In this document: one piece after another, positions 21,651 through 34,530 of the stretch
Position numbering within the stretch: the first letter of the stretch is position 1
Layout: each line of letters opens with the position of its first letter
NCBI GenBank assembly: GCA_000002445.1
Contig: CM000207.1
Coordinates: 1,824,001-1,888,000, forward strand
Origin: Trypanosoma brucei
Lineage: Eukaryota
Length of the DNA: 64,000 bases
Direction of reading: 5' to 3'
The notes under the pieces: generated by a model
The model's input: only the letters and a program-made list of their open reading frames with translations
Database searches by the model: none
Told to the model about the DNA's origin: nothing
Made by a program: the position numbers and the translations under genes

Positions 21651-21940
21651 CTACCCAAGGCACAATATGGGCGGTGATTCTCTTAATTTAAAGCGGCCGA
21701 ATATAAGGCGGCTGGGCCCCTTCGAAAATTCGACGCTCTGTTACTTTCTTTTTTCACGTTACACCTCGGTTAAAATACAAGAAAATAACAGTGACAACAA
21801 CAACTTCCCAGCGTTAAGGTGAGGCAACGAACATTACACATCGATAATCATTTGCTACCTGCAGCGCATTCGCACGGGGCGTTCAATCGTTTTCGCTTTC
21901 CCCTTTAAGTGGTAACCAATAGGGACGATTAGGTGCTAGT

Positions 21941-22936
21941 TTGATGGATGCAACACTTCACGATAAAAGCACGCGGCAAAACACTGCACCAACCTGTCTA
22001 TCCAAAGCGGAGACAAAACCATCGATTCATGCGGCGGCGGGTCTCCTTGGTGCCTCCATATCAACGGCAATGTTTTATCCACTAGACGCTCTTCGCACGC
22101 AAATGCACGTTTGTAAAGGAGGAGACGTCAACCAACTCTCATCGCTGCGTCAGGTTGTTCGACAAAAGGGGTTGCGAAGATTATACGCAGGTTTCGCTGT
22201 ATCTGTCACCTCCTATGGTATCGGGTGGGGAGCTTACATGGCCGTCTTTAAATCTGTACAGCAGAACCTCTCTGCGTACGTTTCGAGTAATCAAATAGGC
22301 GGAGGCAGTGGAAGCGCTAAAAGCGGCAGTGTGACAGCTGGGTGTAACGTTTTGAGTGGTTGCGCCGCTGCCATAACAACTGGAACTGTTGTTACGCCAC
22401 TTTGTGTTATAAGGACTCGACAGCAACTGTTCGATGGGAGCAATGGCGCCAAACCACAGAACTGCTGGCAGGGATTTAAGGCAATAGTAGAAAACGAGGG
22501 ATGTGGCGCCCTCATGCGGGGCATGATACCCCAGATTCTGATTATGGGAAATACCATCATCCAAATGGCCATTTATGAGGAGCTTCGGCATTACATTGTG
22601 GAACAGAAAATTCAACCCACTTCTTTTGATGTGGCATTGATATCTTCTGTTTCTAAAGCTGTGGCATCAGCTCTGTTCAACCCGATTGAAGTTGTGAGGA
22701 CTCGCTTGCAGGACAAGCGTAATTGCACCTCCCCTGAGTACCGTTCCATGACCGTGGGATTGCGTACCATTTGGCGCACGGAAGGAATTCGTGGCCTTTA
22801 CAGGGGCGTTTGGGTGAATCTTTGCCGTGTCGTTCCGACAACATCGGTGTCTTTTATTTTGTACGAGAAGTTCCTAGCGATACTTTCACATCACAACGCG
22901 CGTAGGGCGGCGTGTCTTCCCTTGGTGGCAGACTGA
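21941..22936 (+). CDS. mitochondrial carrier family (SLC25) protein
   Basis: Three tandem carrier signature motifs: 'YPLDALRTQMH', 'TPLCVIRTRQQ' and 'NPIEVVRTRLQ' (P-x-[DE]-x-x-[KR]-x-[KR]). A six-TM tripartite architecture over 331 aa. Confidence 0.85.
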   Translation: MMDATLHDKSTRQNTAPTCLSKAETKPSIHAAAGLLGASISTAMFYPLDALRTQMHVCKGGDVNQLSSLRQVVRQKGLRRLYAGFAVSVTSYGIGWGAYMAVFKSVQQNLSAYVSSNQIGGGSGSAKSGSVTAGCNVLSGCAAAITTGTVVTPLCVIRTRQQLFDGSNGAKPQNCWQGFKAIVENEGCGALMRGMIPQILIMGNTIIQMAIYEELRHYIVEQKIQPTSFDVALISSVSKAVASALFNPIEVVRTRLQDKRNCTSPEYRSMTVGLRTIWRTEGIRGLYRGVWVNLCRVVPTTSVSFILYEKFLAILSHHNARRAACLPLVAD

Positions 22937-24012
22937 CGGAAGAGTGAACGTTTGCGTGTTTGTATTTGTGTGCTTGTTTGCATGTATGTGTGTAAGAACA
23001 ATACTCCCACTGTAATTGTGCGGGGTTGCCCTGTAATTGAAGGTTTGTGTGTGTGTGTGTGTCTAGTACTTATCTATAATATTGTGAAGACATAAACTGT
23101 AAGTTTATGTGGAGGGGAACAGTTTGTTTTCCACCCTGTTTTGCGGTTGTGCAGGTGCTTCAGTTTTTCGCAATTCAGCATTTTCGAGATCGCGTGTACA
23201 CGTATATACATAAATATGGCAGTGATGCGCACTCAGTTCAGTGCTACAAGTAGGGCTACAGGCGTAAAGTATTGTACTAAAATTACATTTGATAAAACTG
23301 TGTACATGTGCAGTTGCAAGGAAAAAAAAAGGAAGAGTAAGTGCGTCTTCATTAGTTTATCCTAGTTTTTTTGTTTTGTCCTTACTTATCTTTATTTCTT
23401 TCTTTTCTGGAACGTGTTGCCACATTGTGGATTTCTTGAGGGTTCCAGGGAAGACTGATAAGTCGAGTGTATGTTTGCAGAAACGTAAAGCCTACGGGGT
23501 CATCGACACCGTAAAGTGGGAAAGAAAGAAGGCAAGGAGAGATAGTGACTGATCGTACTTAAAGGTTGACAAATCAGAGCGGACGAGGAGTATGCTAATC
23601 GAGACTGGTAATGTTGTGGCGTCAGTTGCGTACCAGATGCTTAACCTGTATTTCTTCACTCCGTGTCGAACCGTTTCTGCGCGCATCCATGCGTATTTGT
23701 AAAGACGTTTTTATTCGCCTCTTTCCTCCCTTTTTTTTTCGAAAACATCAATAGCTCCCTTGGTTCCAGCAGGCTGTGTAGACTTGCATATATACACATC
23801 TAAATAGGTCAATATATACACAATTTACGTATAGGGAGGAAGGGAGGGACGGGAGGGTGATCGGTTAAAACGAAATAGGGGAATTTGTCGACAAAAAAGG
23901 AAATAAACAGGGAGTCGGCAGTGTATTGAACGTGCGTGTTTGTGGTGTGTTTAGGACTGAATTGTAGCCATACGCGCACGTACATATACGCATATATACA
24001 TACATTTCTCCC

Positions 24013-24621
24013 ATGCTCAACAGGGACGGTACCAGGAGCAACCGATCATCTGTGCGGTTAACCAGCGATGAGGGGAAGGTATCCCTTTCTGCATTTAGTT
24101 TTCTCTTCTCGGAGCTGTGCACTCGGGCCCATAGCACACCGACAAAGGCACGGGATATAGAGGAAATTGAACAGCGGTTGACGAGCCTCGGTGCAATTGT
24201 TGGTGCCAAGTTAATGATGTTATCCTCCCTTAAGGATCCTCTTGAGCTGCAGCGGAGACCTACAACAATTGACGAAGCTCTGAAGTTGCTGCAAGAGAAG
24301 TTCTGGACCAGATGGTTTGGCAAGGCAGCGAATGACCTGCAGCAGGAGGGCGAATCGACTCGCTACTTTCTCGTTGACAGTAATCCAATGGTGCTGCAGC
24401 ATGTTTATCCGTCTCCTGAGTATATGGATAGTGAAGGGCAATGGAGCATTAATTACGCTAGTTTTATGGGTGGCATCGTTGAAGGAGCGTTAAGGGCTGT
24501 TGGGTTTGACGCCGATGTGCTCACATATCACCACCCGGAACCCGACAAACCACAACAATCCATTTTTGCCATTTCCTTTGCCCAGCATGTACACGACCGA
24601 GAAAGGAGAATACGTGACTGA
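24013..24621 (+). CDS. TRAPPC5: TRAPP complex subunit, Bet3 family; best match TRAPPC5/Trs31
   Basis: 'VSLSAFSFLFSELC', 'WFGKAANDLQQEGESTRYFLVDSNPMV' and 'NYASFMGGIVEGALRAVGFDADVLTYHH' parallel human TRAPPC5 'VSLSAFALLFSELV', 'LFGKEADKLEQANDDARTFYIIEREPLI' and 'NCASFTAGIVEAVLTHSGFPAKVTAHWH' (recalled from memory). Confidence 0.8.
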   Translation: MLNRDGTRSNRSSVRLTSDEGKVSLSAFSFLFSELCTRAHSTPTKARDIEEIEQRLTSLGAIVGAKLMMLSSLKDPLELQRRPTTIDEALKLLQEKFWTRWFGKAANDLQQEGESTRYFLVDSNPMVLQHVYPSPEYMDSEGQWSINYASFMGGIVEGALRAVGFDADVLTYHHPEPDKPQQSIFAISFAQHVHDRERRIRD

Positions 24622-25113
24622 ACAGAAATACAAGAGGCTCTCCTTTCCTTCGCGGTTCTACCGAACGTGTTTAGAGCAGAGCGTAGGCGACTGCGTCGGC
24701 ATACATATGTATGTATATATCACATACGTTGGTTGCGGCCTCTGCACTTCCTTGGCATTCGCATGCAGTTGTCCAAGAGTGCGTTTGTGTGATGCATCTG
24801 CGTGGGTTGCATCGTTTTTTTGTTTTGCTTCACGTGTTTTTTTTACTGCTGCTGCCAGTGATGTCCGTTGTTGTTGCTGTTACCGTTCGTTCGCAGGTGT
24901 TTTTGTTCTTGTGTTTCTGTGTGCTGGTGATATTCTTCTGGTGTCTGCAGCTTTCTATTCTTCAGTTCGATGATATGGTTTGTAATTGCAGTGATGCGCA
25001 TTTGTCTCCCCGCCCCAATTTCTTTTTTTTTTTTTGGTACCGTCCTTTTACAACGATTCTCGCACCGGCAAAACGTGTTTATTCGTTAATATTAGCCCAC
25101 CGAGAGCGGTTGG

Positions 25114-26892
25114 ATGCGCCGCTTTTGTGGGGTTTCCGCGGTTTTGTTTCCTCCATGGCAATGGGTGAGGTTTCAAGGGACTGAAAGCACTGAAGCGTCC
25201 ATACGGCGGCGGGTTCAAGAAGCCATTCAAAAGGCTCGAAAAAGCAACCGCGTCACGTGGGTTCCCATTGCTTGCGTTTCATCATATCTTCCAGATGACG
25301 TCCGCGAGGAACTTGCGTCAGTAGGGGGTCTTGCGGGGTATTGCCGGAATCAACACCAAAAGCAGCAAGGACCACAAATGGGGGAGGGCTCAGGTGGTGC
25401 TCTTTTTGCTGTAAAAGTTGTGGATGGGATGCTTTGTGTGAAGATGACTGACGGCAACATCCGCAAGGGTTCCATGGGAGGACGTTTAGAAAACAGTAAC
25501 TTGGTTGTATCCCAGGAGTTGCTGCATTTTTTGAGGCAACTTCCCGATCAACCGGTAGCAATAGCGGCGTGTCAGCGTGCATGGGGTTTATCTTCCGAGG
25601 AAGCCGTCGAATGTGCCGTATGGAATGCGTTGAAAGAGTTGGAATGTAGTTTGCGGCGTAGGGAGGCCAACTTACCCAGCGTATCTTCCTATGTCCAGAT
25701 TGGTTTTGTGGGGAAGCGACCTGCGTTCATTTCACAGGGTCGCTGCACCATGGCGTTGCTTCGTGAAGAGGATCCTTCTACGGAGAGAGATACATATACG
25801 TGGTTTGATGAAGATTTTTCTCCTCAGTACGACCTTTGGCGCATGTCGCGGTTTCTTTTAACGGAGGATTTCACTAGCATTCAACATGTCGACATACAAA
25901 CTAGAGGTATCATTCAGACGCCGCTGCTGCAGGTAGCCATGACGTACCCTGAGAGGATATCGCTGCAATTGGGATCAACGGTTGACCGCAGCAATGCCGT
26001 TGAGGGTCGTTATTATGTGAATGGTCGATCACATCATGAGGTCGATGAGGTGATTGGATTGAAATTTATTTTATCGGAGGATGAGGTTGCGAAGCACCTG
26101 AAGTTTACCAACAGCCGACTAAGCAACCTCACTGAGGAAGAGCTAAGTGCGGAGCGGGCGAAGTTAAAAAATATTCCGCCTCTTCGAAGGAGTAAATTGC
26201 GTCGGGCTGTTGTTCGTGAGGAGTTCCGACGACGATTTCCCCTCGGTAATGTGTTTTTAAACCCAAATGTTGTGGCGTTTCACGTGTACGATTTGATGAC
26301 ACCGGGTGAGTGGCACAGCAACTCGGTACTGCGTGATACGGTGCTGCCTGACGGTGGTAAGGGTTGCATGCACGTTGGTGTGGATTTCTTTGACCAGTTC
26401 CCACATCTTTTCATTACTCAAGGGGTTTGCACAACCACTGTAAATGTGATGCGGAGGGAGCAGGGAATGGAAGCCATTTTGGGTGATGGAGAAATATGGA
26501 AGCGAACATCGTTCCGCGATGAAGATATTCTTCTTTCTATGCTCCAAAATGTGTCACACAAGTTGGACGAGTGGGCTGAGGGTAAACCGTTGTCGATATT
26601 TGTTTCCCGTCTTCCTCGGCATATGTTTAAGTACCTTCAGAAAAATGGTGGTGCGGCGATTGGGTTGGCGGGAATATTGAAGAAATATCCGGAGGCTTTT
26701 GAGGTTACTCCATGTGAGGGGGGAAATATGGAGTCAGATGTCAACCACTGGTTCGTCCGTCCGTTGCGTGATGGTGTTGAGTCCCTTGGAGTGCGACTCA
26801 TTAGTAAATTACAAACTACTGACGACCCGAAAGATTCATCCAAGGTGGAGGAGGATTTCGATTCTACACCGCAGGAGAGGGGGGGCAACTGA
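25114..26892 (+). CDS. hypothetical protein (592 aa), possibly organellar
   Basis: A long non-repetitive + ORF. The N-terminus (MRRFCGVSAVLFPPWQWVRF) is hydrophobic/basic, like a presequence. No family recognised. Confidence 0.55.
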   Translation: MRRFCGVSAVLFPPWQWVRFQGTESTEASIRRRVQEAIQKARKSNRVTWVPIACVSSYLPDDVREELASVGGLAGYCRNQHQKQQGPQMGEGSGGALFAVKVVDGMLCVKMTDGNIRKGSMGGRLENSNLVVSQELLHFLRQLPDQPVAIAACQRAWGLSSEEAVECAVWNALKELECSLRRREANLPSVSSYVQIGFVGKRPAFISQGRCTMALLREEDPSTERDTYTWFDEDFSPQYDLWRMSRFLLTEDFTSIQHVDIQTRGIIQTPLLQVAMTYPERISLQLGSTVDRSNAVEGRYYVNGRSHHEVDEVIGLKFILSEDEVAKHLKFTNSRLSNLTEEELSAERAKLKNIPPLRRSKLRRAVVREEFRRRFPLGNVFLNPNVVAFHVYDLMTPGEWHSNSVLRDTVLPDGGKGCMHVGVDFFDQFPHLFITQGVCTTTVNVMRREQGMEAILGDGEIWKRTSFRDEDILLSMLQNVSHKLDEWAEGKPLSIFVSRLPRHMFKYLQKNGGAAIGLAGILKKYPEAFEVTPCEGGNMESDVNHWFVRPLRDGVESLGVRLISKLQTTDDPKDSSKVEEDFDSTPQERGGN

Positions 26893-27279
26893 AGTTTTTT
26901 TGGGCTGGGGAACTGTGCATTTTGAGGGTTGAGTAAAACGCTACCGTCCCGATGTTGCGGGAAGCATGTCGTCTCATTCCTCTCATTCGCGACTTGGACC
27001 CATTCTTCTTTGTTTTTTGTTTTTCATCTCGTCCTCTTGTTTTTTTTTTGTGTGCTGTCTTTGTTTCCATGACTGTAGTTGTTTATTTACCTCATGTGTT
27101 TGCGTGTGGACATGGTGGCGATCGTTAGACTCTGAAATCGGATGTGGGAGTAACCTCGAGTCGAGTGCTAACGCATCAGTGAGGCTATCGAAACTCTTTA
27201 CTGTTTCTGTCAATTAGTTTTAGTCCGTAGATGTATTCCTTTTTATTTCAATCATATTTTTCTTGGTCGTCACTTATAA

Positions 27280-28221
<942 letters not shown>

Positions 28222-31200
28222 CACGGAGATCAACCGGCATTCGTAGACAAGAAAAATGTGGTAAGTTTCATTTTTTTTTTGTTTTGTTTTGCCAGATGGT
28301 GAACTGATGGGTCTGCCTAATCCGAATAAAAAAAAGGGGAAATATTACCACAGATAAAATATGTAAAACTGAAAGGCGCAACTCCTCACTTCCTTATGGA
28401 TGGTAGAGAGAAACTCCCTCAATGGTGCAACCAGAGGAGGAGGGAAACCACGGAGGAATGCGGGAGACAAATGGTTTAGAGTACGTGGTGTCAATAACCA
28501 TGCAGTGAAAAGTAGTAATACTGTGGTCCTTGTGCTGTTTAATTTCTACATATATTTATACTCATTTATATGCTGATACACATATATTTGTATTTATACA
28601 TCTGTACATATATATATATATATATCTATCTGTGTATCTTCGCCACTCTTTCCTCCGTTAGTGTTTGCGTATGATTGAGTGAATATATATATATATATAT
28701 ATTTGTAAAGAAAGATTATCAGATTTGGCGTGTAAAGGCAAATTTCAGTGGTGAGGTGACGGCACACACGATTTCCATACCATCTGCGGGATATTTCTAC
28801 AGCTGTTTAGGCAGGCACACATATAAACCTGCTTAAATGTGTGAAGTGTATTCAGTGATGGGCTAACAATTCTTTCCTTTTTTTATTCTTTTTTTTTGTT
28901 TTTGAAGTAAAAAAAGTTTCCCCCTCCCTTCGATGTCCCCCCTTCCTTTTCTGGCTTTTTTTTCTTCTTTTCTTTTCTTTCCTTCCTTCCATTGTTTAGT
29001 AAACTGAGGTGGTTATTTAATTGATATGAAGAGAAAAAACAAAACAAACAAACAAAATCCGGAGGAGGGAAAGGGATGGAGGGGGAAAATAAAAAGAAAA
29101 AAAAGACGGAGTGAAGGAAAGTCCCACACGCTCACGCCTGAGAACCTGCACAGGTTTATCTGTATTCAATGCTTTTTTATCTTTATCTTTATCTTTATCT
29201 TTTATCTTTTTTTTTTTTGAGGATGAAGGGCTTTTTTTTTCAGTTGTTTTCTTTTTTCCTGTTGGGCGTATATTTGTGTTCGACTCATTTTCTCCCTTTT
29301 TGTTTTTTTTCTTTCTTTCTTTAGAAGCAGAGCGTAAGAGAGATGATTTTTCTTTTTGTTGTTCACAGTGTATGCATGTGTGTTTGTGTTGTTTTTTTTT
29401 TTTTTTGTAGGAACGAAACAACTGGTAAATTATCCAGCAATCTAAACAAAAAGCACAAAAAGTATATGAAATAAACGTCTATATCAATAGAAACGGAGGG
29501 GATATATTTCAAAATAAAAAGAAAAAAAGAAATTGAGGAAAGTTTCGAGAGAGTATGGAGACAAATATTGGAAGGAAGGAAGGAAGGAAGGAGCACACAC
29601 ACACAAAAAAAAAAATACCATCAAAAAAACAACAAAGAGGTATTCGGAAAAATTAAGAAAAGGAAAAGAAAAAGGAACATGTTTGATTCGTGTCTTATCT
29701 AAAGGGTTTAAGGGGGGGGAAGTAACATGAGGCAAACACAAGAAATTTAATATAATAACATGTAATGACACCATATGAAAAGGACATTTCACAAAAGCAA
29801 CTGCGAGTTGTGGTGTACGGGTGGTAATGACACAAGAGAGAAGTTATGGTGAAAACATATGAGAGAATAATCATATATATATATATATATGTATTCGTGA
29901 AAATATCTCCGATGATGTCTTGCTTTATTCCTCTCACTTACACGCTTACTCATTTCTTCTGCGTATTTCCTTCAGCGTTATTATATCTGTTTTATATTTG
30001 TTCCTTCTGAATTGATAAATGAATCAATGAGTGCTATGGCGCTGTGACACAAAGGAAATTATGGAATAAACCTGACGGAAAGGAAAGGAGGATGGGGGAA
30101 CAAATTGATGGAATTGCGTAACTTACGCAGTGGCGTTGCTGTACGCTTTTTTTTTGAAATTATGTTCGTTATATATATATATATATGTTTTTCCGTTTCT
30201 GCAGCTATGCTAAAAGTTTTTATTATTGTTTTTGTTCTTTACTGTGACGTTCGTTACTATTTTATTCTTCTCTCCTATTCTCACAACTACATGTTCGGTT
30301 TGTTGGTATCATTGTGCGGAAGTTTCTTCTTTTTTTTTTATTTGATGTGTCATCTTCCTTTTTCTGTTTTTTTCTTCGGTCCAATAATTTAGAACTACGG
30401 AGGCGTTTGTTGTAATGCAACGAAATAAAATGAGAAAATAACCGAAGAAAAGAGAGAAAAAAAATGATATATATGTATACACTGGGTGCAAAAGGTTGTA
30501 AATTAGAGTGCTTGCCGCATGAAAGTGTTTGTTTGTTTATATATATTTATTTATATATATACTTTCAAAAAAAAAAAACAATGGATGAGTTTTTATATTC
30601 CAGCCCATGTTTACACACGGGTTTGGGGTGGATGGTGGTATACTTAAGGGAGTTTGATATGCGAGGAATATTCCTGTCGCTAGTTATGAGGACATGTGCG
30701 ATATTTTTCCTGTTGTTGTTGTTGTTGTTGTTTTCCCTTCTTTTTTTTTTCATTTGTTCCCTCCATCTCTTCTTCATCTTTTCTTTTCTTTTCTCATTTC
30801 TTTCCTTCTTCTACTTCTTCAACTCTTTCATAATTCTGCTTTTTGATCTGTTTTTCTTTTTTTTTTTGTTTTGGAAAGAGTCCACTGTGCGTGAAGAAAA
30901 AAAAATTCTCCTTTTTGTCGAAATTGCTTCTCTTTTTTCTTTTTCTTTTTTCTTTTTTCATATTTTATTGTTATCATTATTATTATTGTTGTTGTTGTTT
31001 TCATTAATTTACCGTAGTTTCTTTCTATTATTCCTTCCCTCTTGTAGGGTTGGCTGCTTGGTTTGTGTTTTCTTTTATCTTATTTTATTTTTACTTTAAT
31101 TTTCACAAAATAAAACAAAAAGTGAAAAAAGAGGAAAAAAAAAAGAACAGAAAAAAAAACAAAGATAATAGAATCGAGTGCGAGTCAGGGAACACATACA

Positions 31201-31755
31201 AAAAAAAATCATGTAGAATGAACAACACGGAGGTTAATTGAAAAAGAAAAATAAATGGAAACGGAAAAAGAAAGAAAACGAATGTTAATGATTGTAAATA
31301 TGATTAAAGGCAGAAACAGATGGAGAAGAGAGGAAAGAAAAGAAATGAGAAAAGAAAAGAAGAAAGAAATGAAGGAAAGAATAGAAGGAAAGAATAAGTG
31401 TATTATGTGTTGGATAAGAGGATTTTTAGAGAAGGAAGATGAAAGGATTAAGTTTTTGTTTTGGTTTGTTTTGTTTTGTATATGTGTGTTAAACAATTGA
31501 ACGGGGAAAGCGAGGGATGTGAGTACGCTGACAAATTGACGAAATTGTTTCTTTTTCTTTTTCTTTTTTTGTTTACCTTTTTTTTTTTGCAGTTTCCTCT
31601 TTGTTGCAACAGTACCCCATCTCCCCAATACATTAGCGTACACAATCTGTCACCCCACAAATGAGGAGATTTGCATTATTTGAAGGGGTTTGCCTTCTCA
31701 TGCTCTTCCCTTTCATTTTGTTTGTTCCTTTCTTTTGCTTGTCTTTTCTTATTAT

Positions 31756-31791
31756 TGTGTGTATGTGTGTATGTGTGTGTGTGTGTGTGTT
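31756..31791. repeat. (GT)n microsatellite
   Basis: The run reads gtgtgtatgtgtgtatgtgtgtgtgtgtgtgtgt. Confidence 0.9.
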
Positions 31792-32711
31792 TTGTTTGCT
31801 TCCGTCCCGTCTGTTGGTTTCTGCATTTTTGCGGTATATAAATATATAAGTAAATATATCTAAAAATATACGTGATGTTGGTGATGGTGATGGTAGTGAT
31901 AATGACTCTTGTTTTCATGCACGTGCGCATGCCTGTGTATATGTTTGCCTGAGCGCACTGAAGAAAAAAATAAGGAAGGGTGAAACTACAAGAAAAAAAA
32001 AGATTGAAAAAGGAAAAAAAAAGAATGGAAATAGCAGGTATTATTTCCTCTTTTCTTTTCACTCCATTTATCATCTTGTTCTTAGTTTCACATGCTACTC
32101 CTTTTCTACATATAATGACTACGGTAACCGCGGTGGTGAAAACAACTGCTTGCTTTAATGAGTCAACAACTATGCCAATTTTCATCACAAAGGTATCAGA
32201 TAGAAATGATGAAGAGGATATTGTGGAATCTCCTTGCGTTTCCGCACTGCATTATGTGTTTATCACGATAACATGTCTGTTTGCGTTTCTTCTTTTTTTT
32301 TTTTCCTTTTCATTACTCCTCACTTCCCTCATTCGTTCCTTCTACATATATTTGTTCTTCACTTTTTCACTGTATTTGTCCTCATCGTTCACGAAGAGAA
32401 GAAAAGAAAAAAAAACAACAACAAGTATCCTCACTGCTGTACTCCCCTCTTTCCTCCGTCTATGCGATGCACAAGAAAAAGAATAAAGGATGTGTAACAT
32501 TAATAATGTTACACACTAAGTTATTCTCCTTCGTGCGCAGTATACCTTGTGATACCACTTGAGGTATATCTTGATATCTTTCTTCTTTCTTTTCTTTTCC
32601 TTTTCGTTGTGTTGTGATCTTTTGGTGCTTAACCGATTCTTATCGTAGGGGAAAGGCAGCGATAGTCAAACAGCAGAGAACTAAGAAGGAAGAAAAAAAA
32701 AGAGCAACAAA

Positions 32712-33278
32712 ATGACTCGCGCTGGATTTAAGGGTAAGGTGCTCGGTAAGGAAAAGAAACTTGCGCTGCTTGAGGCCCGAAAGAAGGCGGCTGAAGCTCG
32801 CAAGTCACGCGATGACCGCCGTTGGAAGCGCGTGTTGGCGAAAATGGACCCCGAGAAACGCAAAAAGTACCACGGCGTGGGAAATACGGCTGAACACTCT
32901 CGTGTCCGCGGTTGCACACGCGCATCACTTTTCAAGAGAACTGGTCGCAAACCCGATAACATCGTAATGGAAGCGTCCATTCATCTCTCAAAGCTTCTGA
33001 AGAAGAGGACATTCCACAAACGCGCACCCATCGCTATTAAACGCATTCGCTCATTTGTGGGTAAACTGATGAAGACGAAGGACAACCGCATTGATGCATC
33101 CCTGAACACCTTCATTTGGCATAAGGGCGTGAAGGGTGTTCCTGGCCGAGTTCGTGTACGTGTGGAGCGCAAATCCGAGACGATGGAAGGCGGCAAACGC
33201 AAGCACTTCTACACAGTCATCTCTCACATCCCAGTTCCTAGCTTCAAGAACCTGACAACTAAGGTGATTGAGCAGTAA
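32712..33278 (+). CDS. RPL31: 60S ribosomal protein L31 (eL31), copy 1
   Basis: '...NIVMEASIHLSKLLKKRTFHKRAPIAIKRIRSFVGKLMKTKDNRIDASLNTFIWHKGVKGVPGRVRVRVERK...' is the conserved eL31 core. The K/R-rich N-terminal extension is typical of trypanosomatid L31. Confidence 0.95.
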   Translation: MTRAGFKGKVLGKEKKLALLEARKKAAEARKSRDDRRWKRVLAKMDPEKRKKYHGVGNTAEHSRVRGCTRASLFKRTGRKPDNIVMEASIHLSKLLKKRTFHKRAPIAIKRIRSFVGKLMKTKDNRIDASLNTFIWHKGVKGVPGRVRVRVERKSETMEGGKRKHFYTVISHIPVPSFKNLTTKVIEQ

Positions 33279-33496
33279 AGCAGGGAGTACCACCGACACC
33301 TTTGTAAGTGTTATTACTGCTTTCCCCTATTAATTTCGTTGATTTACTTTGTGTGTTGTCATCATATTAATGTGTGAGCAGACGAAAAGATAACTAAGAA
33401 GAAACGACAATAATGTGTGTTGTTGCTTCTCTGTCGAAACTCCCCTACGCCACGTTCTTCTCGTTTGTTATGGCGTTGCAGTATAATGTAACATCG

Positions 33497-33540
33497 TTTG
33501 TCTTTTTTTTTTTTGTGTTTCCTTTTCCTTTCGTTTCGGT
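33497..33540 (+). promoter_or_regulatory. polypyrimidine tract upstream of RPL31 copy 2 (candidate trans-splice signal)
   Basis: tttgtctttttttttttttgtgtttccttttcctttcgtttcggtcc, followed by the AG at 33549..33550, about 20 nt before the ATG. Confidence 0.45.
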
Positions 33541-33571
33541 CCGAATTTAGAAGTGTTTGTGGTGCAGAGAA

Positions 33572-34138
33572 ATGACTCGCGCTGGATTTAAGGGTAAGGT
33601 GCTCGGCAAGGAAAAGAAACTTGCGCTGCTTGAGGCCCGAAAGAAGGCGGCTGAAGCTCGCAAGTCACGCGATGACCGCCGTTGGAAGCGCGTGTTGGCG
33701 AAAATGGACCCCGAGAAACGCAAAAAGTACCACGGCGTGGGAAATACGGCTGAACACTCTCGTGTCCGCGGTTGCACACGTGCATCACTTTTCAAGAGAA
33801 CTGGTCGCAAACCCGATAACATCGTAATGGAAGCGTCCATTCATCTCTCAAAGCTTCTGAAGAAGAGGACATTCCACAAACGCGCACCCATCGCTATTAA
33901 ACGCATTCGCTCATTTGTGGGTAAACTGATGAAGACGAAGGACAACCGCATTGATGCATCCCTGAACACCTTCATTTGGCATAAGGGCGTGAAGGGTGTT
34001 CCTGGCCGAGTTCGTGTACGTGTGGAGCGCAAATCCGAGACGATGGAAGGCGGCAAACGCAAGCACTTCTACACAGTCATCTCTCACATCCCAGTTCCTA
34101 GCTTCAAGAACCTGACAACTAAGGTGATTGAGCAGTAA
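33572..34138 (+). CDS. RPL31: 60S ribosomal protein L31 (eL31), copy 2
   Basis: The protein is identical to copy 1. The tracked ORF starts 5 codons earlier (33557), but MTRAGFKGK is the shared start. Confidence 0.95.
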   Translation: MTRAGFKGKVLGKEKKLALLEARKKAAEARKSRDDRRWKRVLAKMDPEKRKKYHGVGNTAEHSRVRGCTRASLFKRTGRKPDNIVMEASIHLSKLLKKRTFHKRAPIAIKRIRSFVGKLMKTKDNRIDASLNTFIWHKGVKGVPGRVRVRVERKSETMEGGKRKHFYTVISHIPVPSFKNLTTKVIEQ

Positions 34139-34530
34139 AGCAGGGAGTACCACCGACACTGTGATCTAATTTTTTTTTCATTAGTTGTATTTTTTGTTTT
34201 CTACATAACCCTTTTAATATTTGTTAGGGGAGGTGGCTTGACTGCCCGTGACGCTCCCTTTTACCTCTGTCTCACAGTCGGTTACTTTGTTCTGTTATCT
34301 GCAATAACGAGAGAAGTTACCCGATGCATTCTTCTTCCTCTTCGTCTACCTTGTCACCACGCACCGGCACGCGAGTTTCTTTATTGATCACCTCGTATAA
34401 AACACAATTTCCTCCGGTACCGTTACATTTTAGTTATTATTATTGTAATAATTATAATTATTTTTTGTCAGGGAAGTTAGTAGGGGCCAGCATCGGTGTC
34501 AGCAACCATAGTTGTGCACAGTGTGCATCA

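Larger units (their letters stand above)
32690..34165 (+). repeat. tandem duplication (about 860-bp period) carrying two near-identical RPL31 coding sequences
   Basis: CDS 32712..33278 and 33572..34138 are identical at protein level, with only about 2 synonymous nucleotide differences. Flanking sequence diverges within about 25 bp of the start and stop codons. The spacer between copies is unique. Confidence 0.9.

Noticed and set aside
21481-21822. 113-aa + ORF upstream of the mitochondrial carrier gene
   Set aside because: It is a Phe/Pro/Leu-rich translation of a long C/T tract. It is more plausibly the splice-acceptor region than a gene.
24500-25184. Two overlapping 157-aa + ORFs downstream of TRAPPC5
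   Set aside because: They overlap each other in different frames. They are hydrophobic and Cys/Phe/Val-rich low complexity over a T/G-rich spacer. There is no conserved motif.
30464-32486. Medium-sized ORFs in the 28-32.7 kb interval (30464..31099 211 aa; 31980..32486 168 aa; 31209..31643 minus strand 144 aa)
   Set aside because: Their composition is dominated by F/L/K/S homopolymer runs that mirror the poly-T, poly-A and CT/GA tracts in the DNA. They have no domain signatures. They are typical spurious ORFs of trypanosomatid UTR or intergenic sequence.
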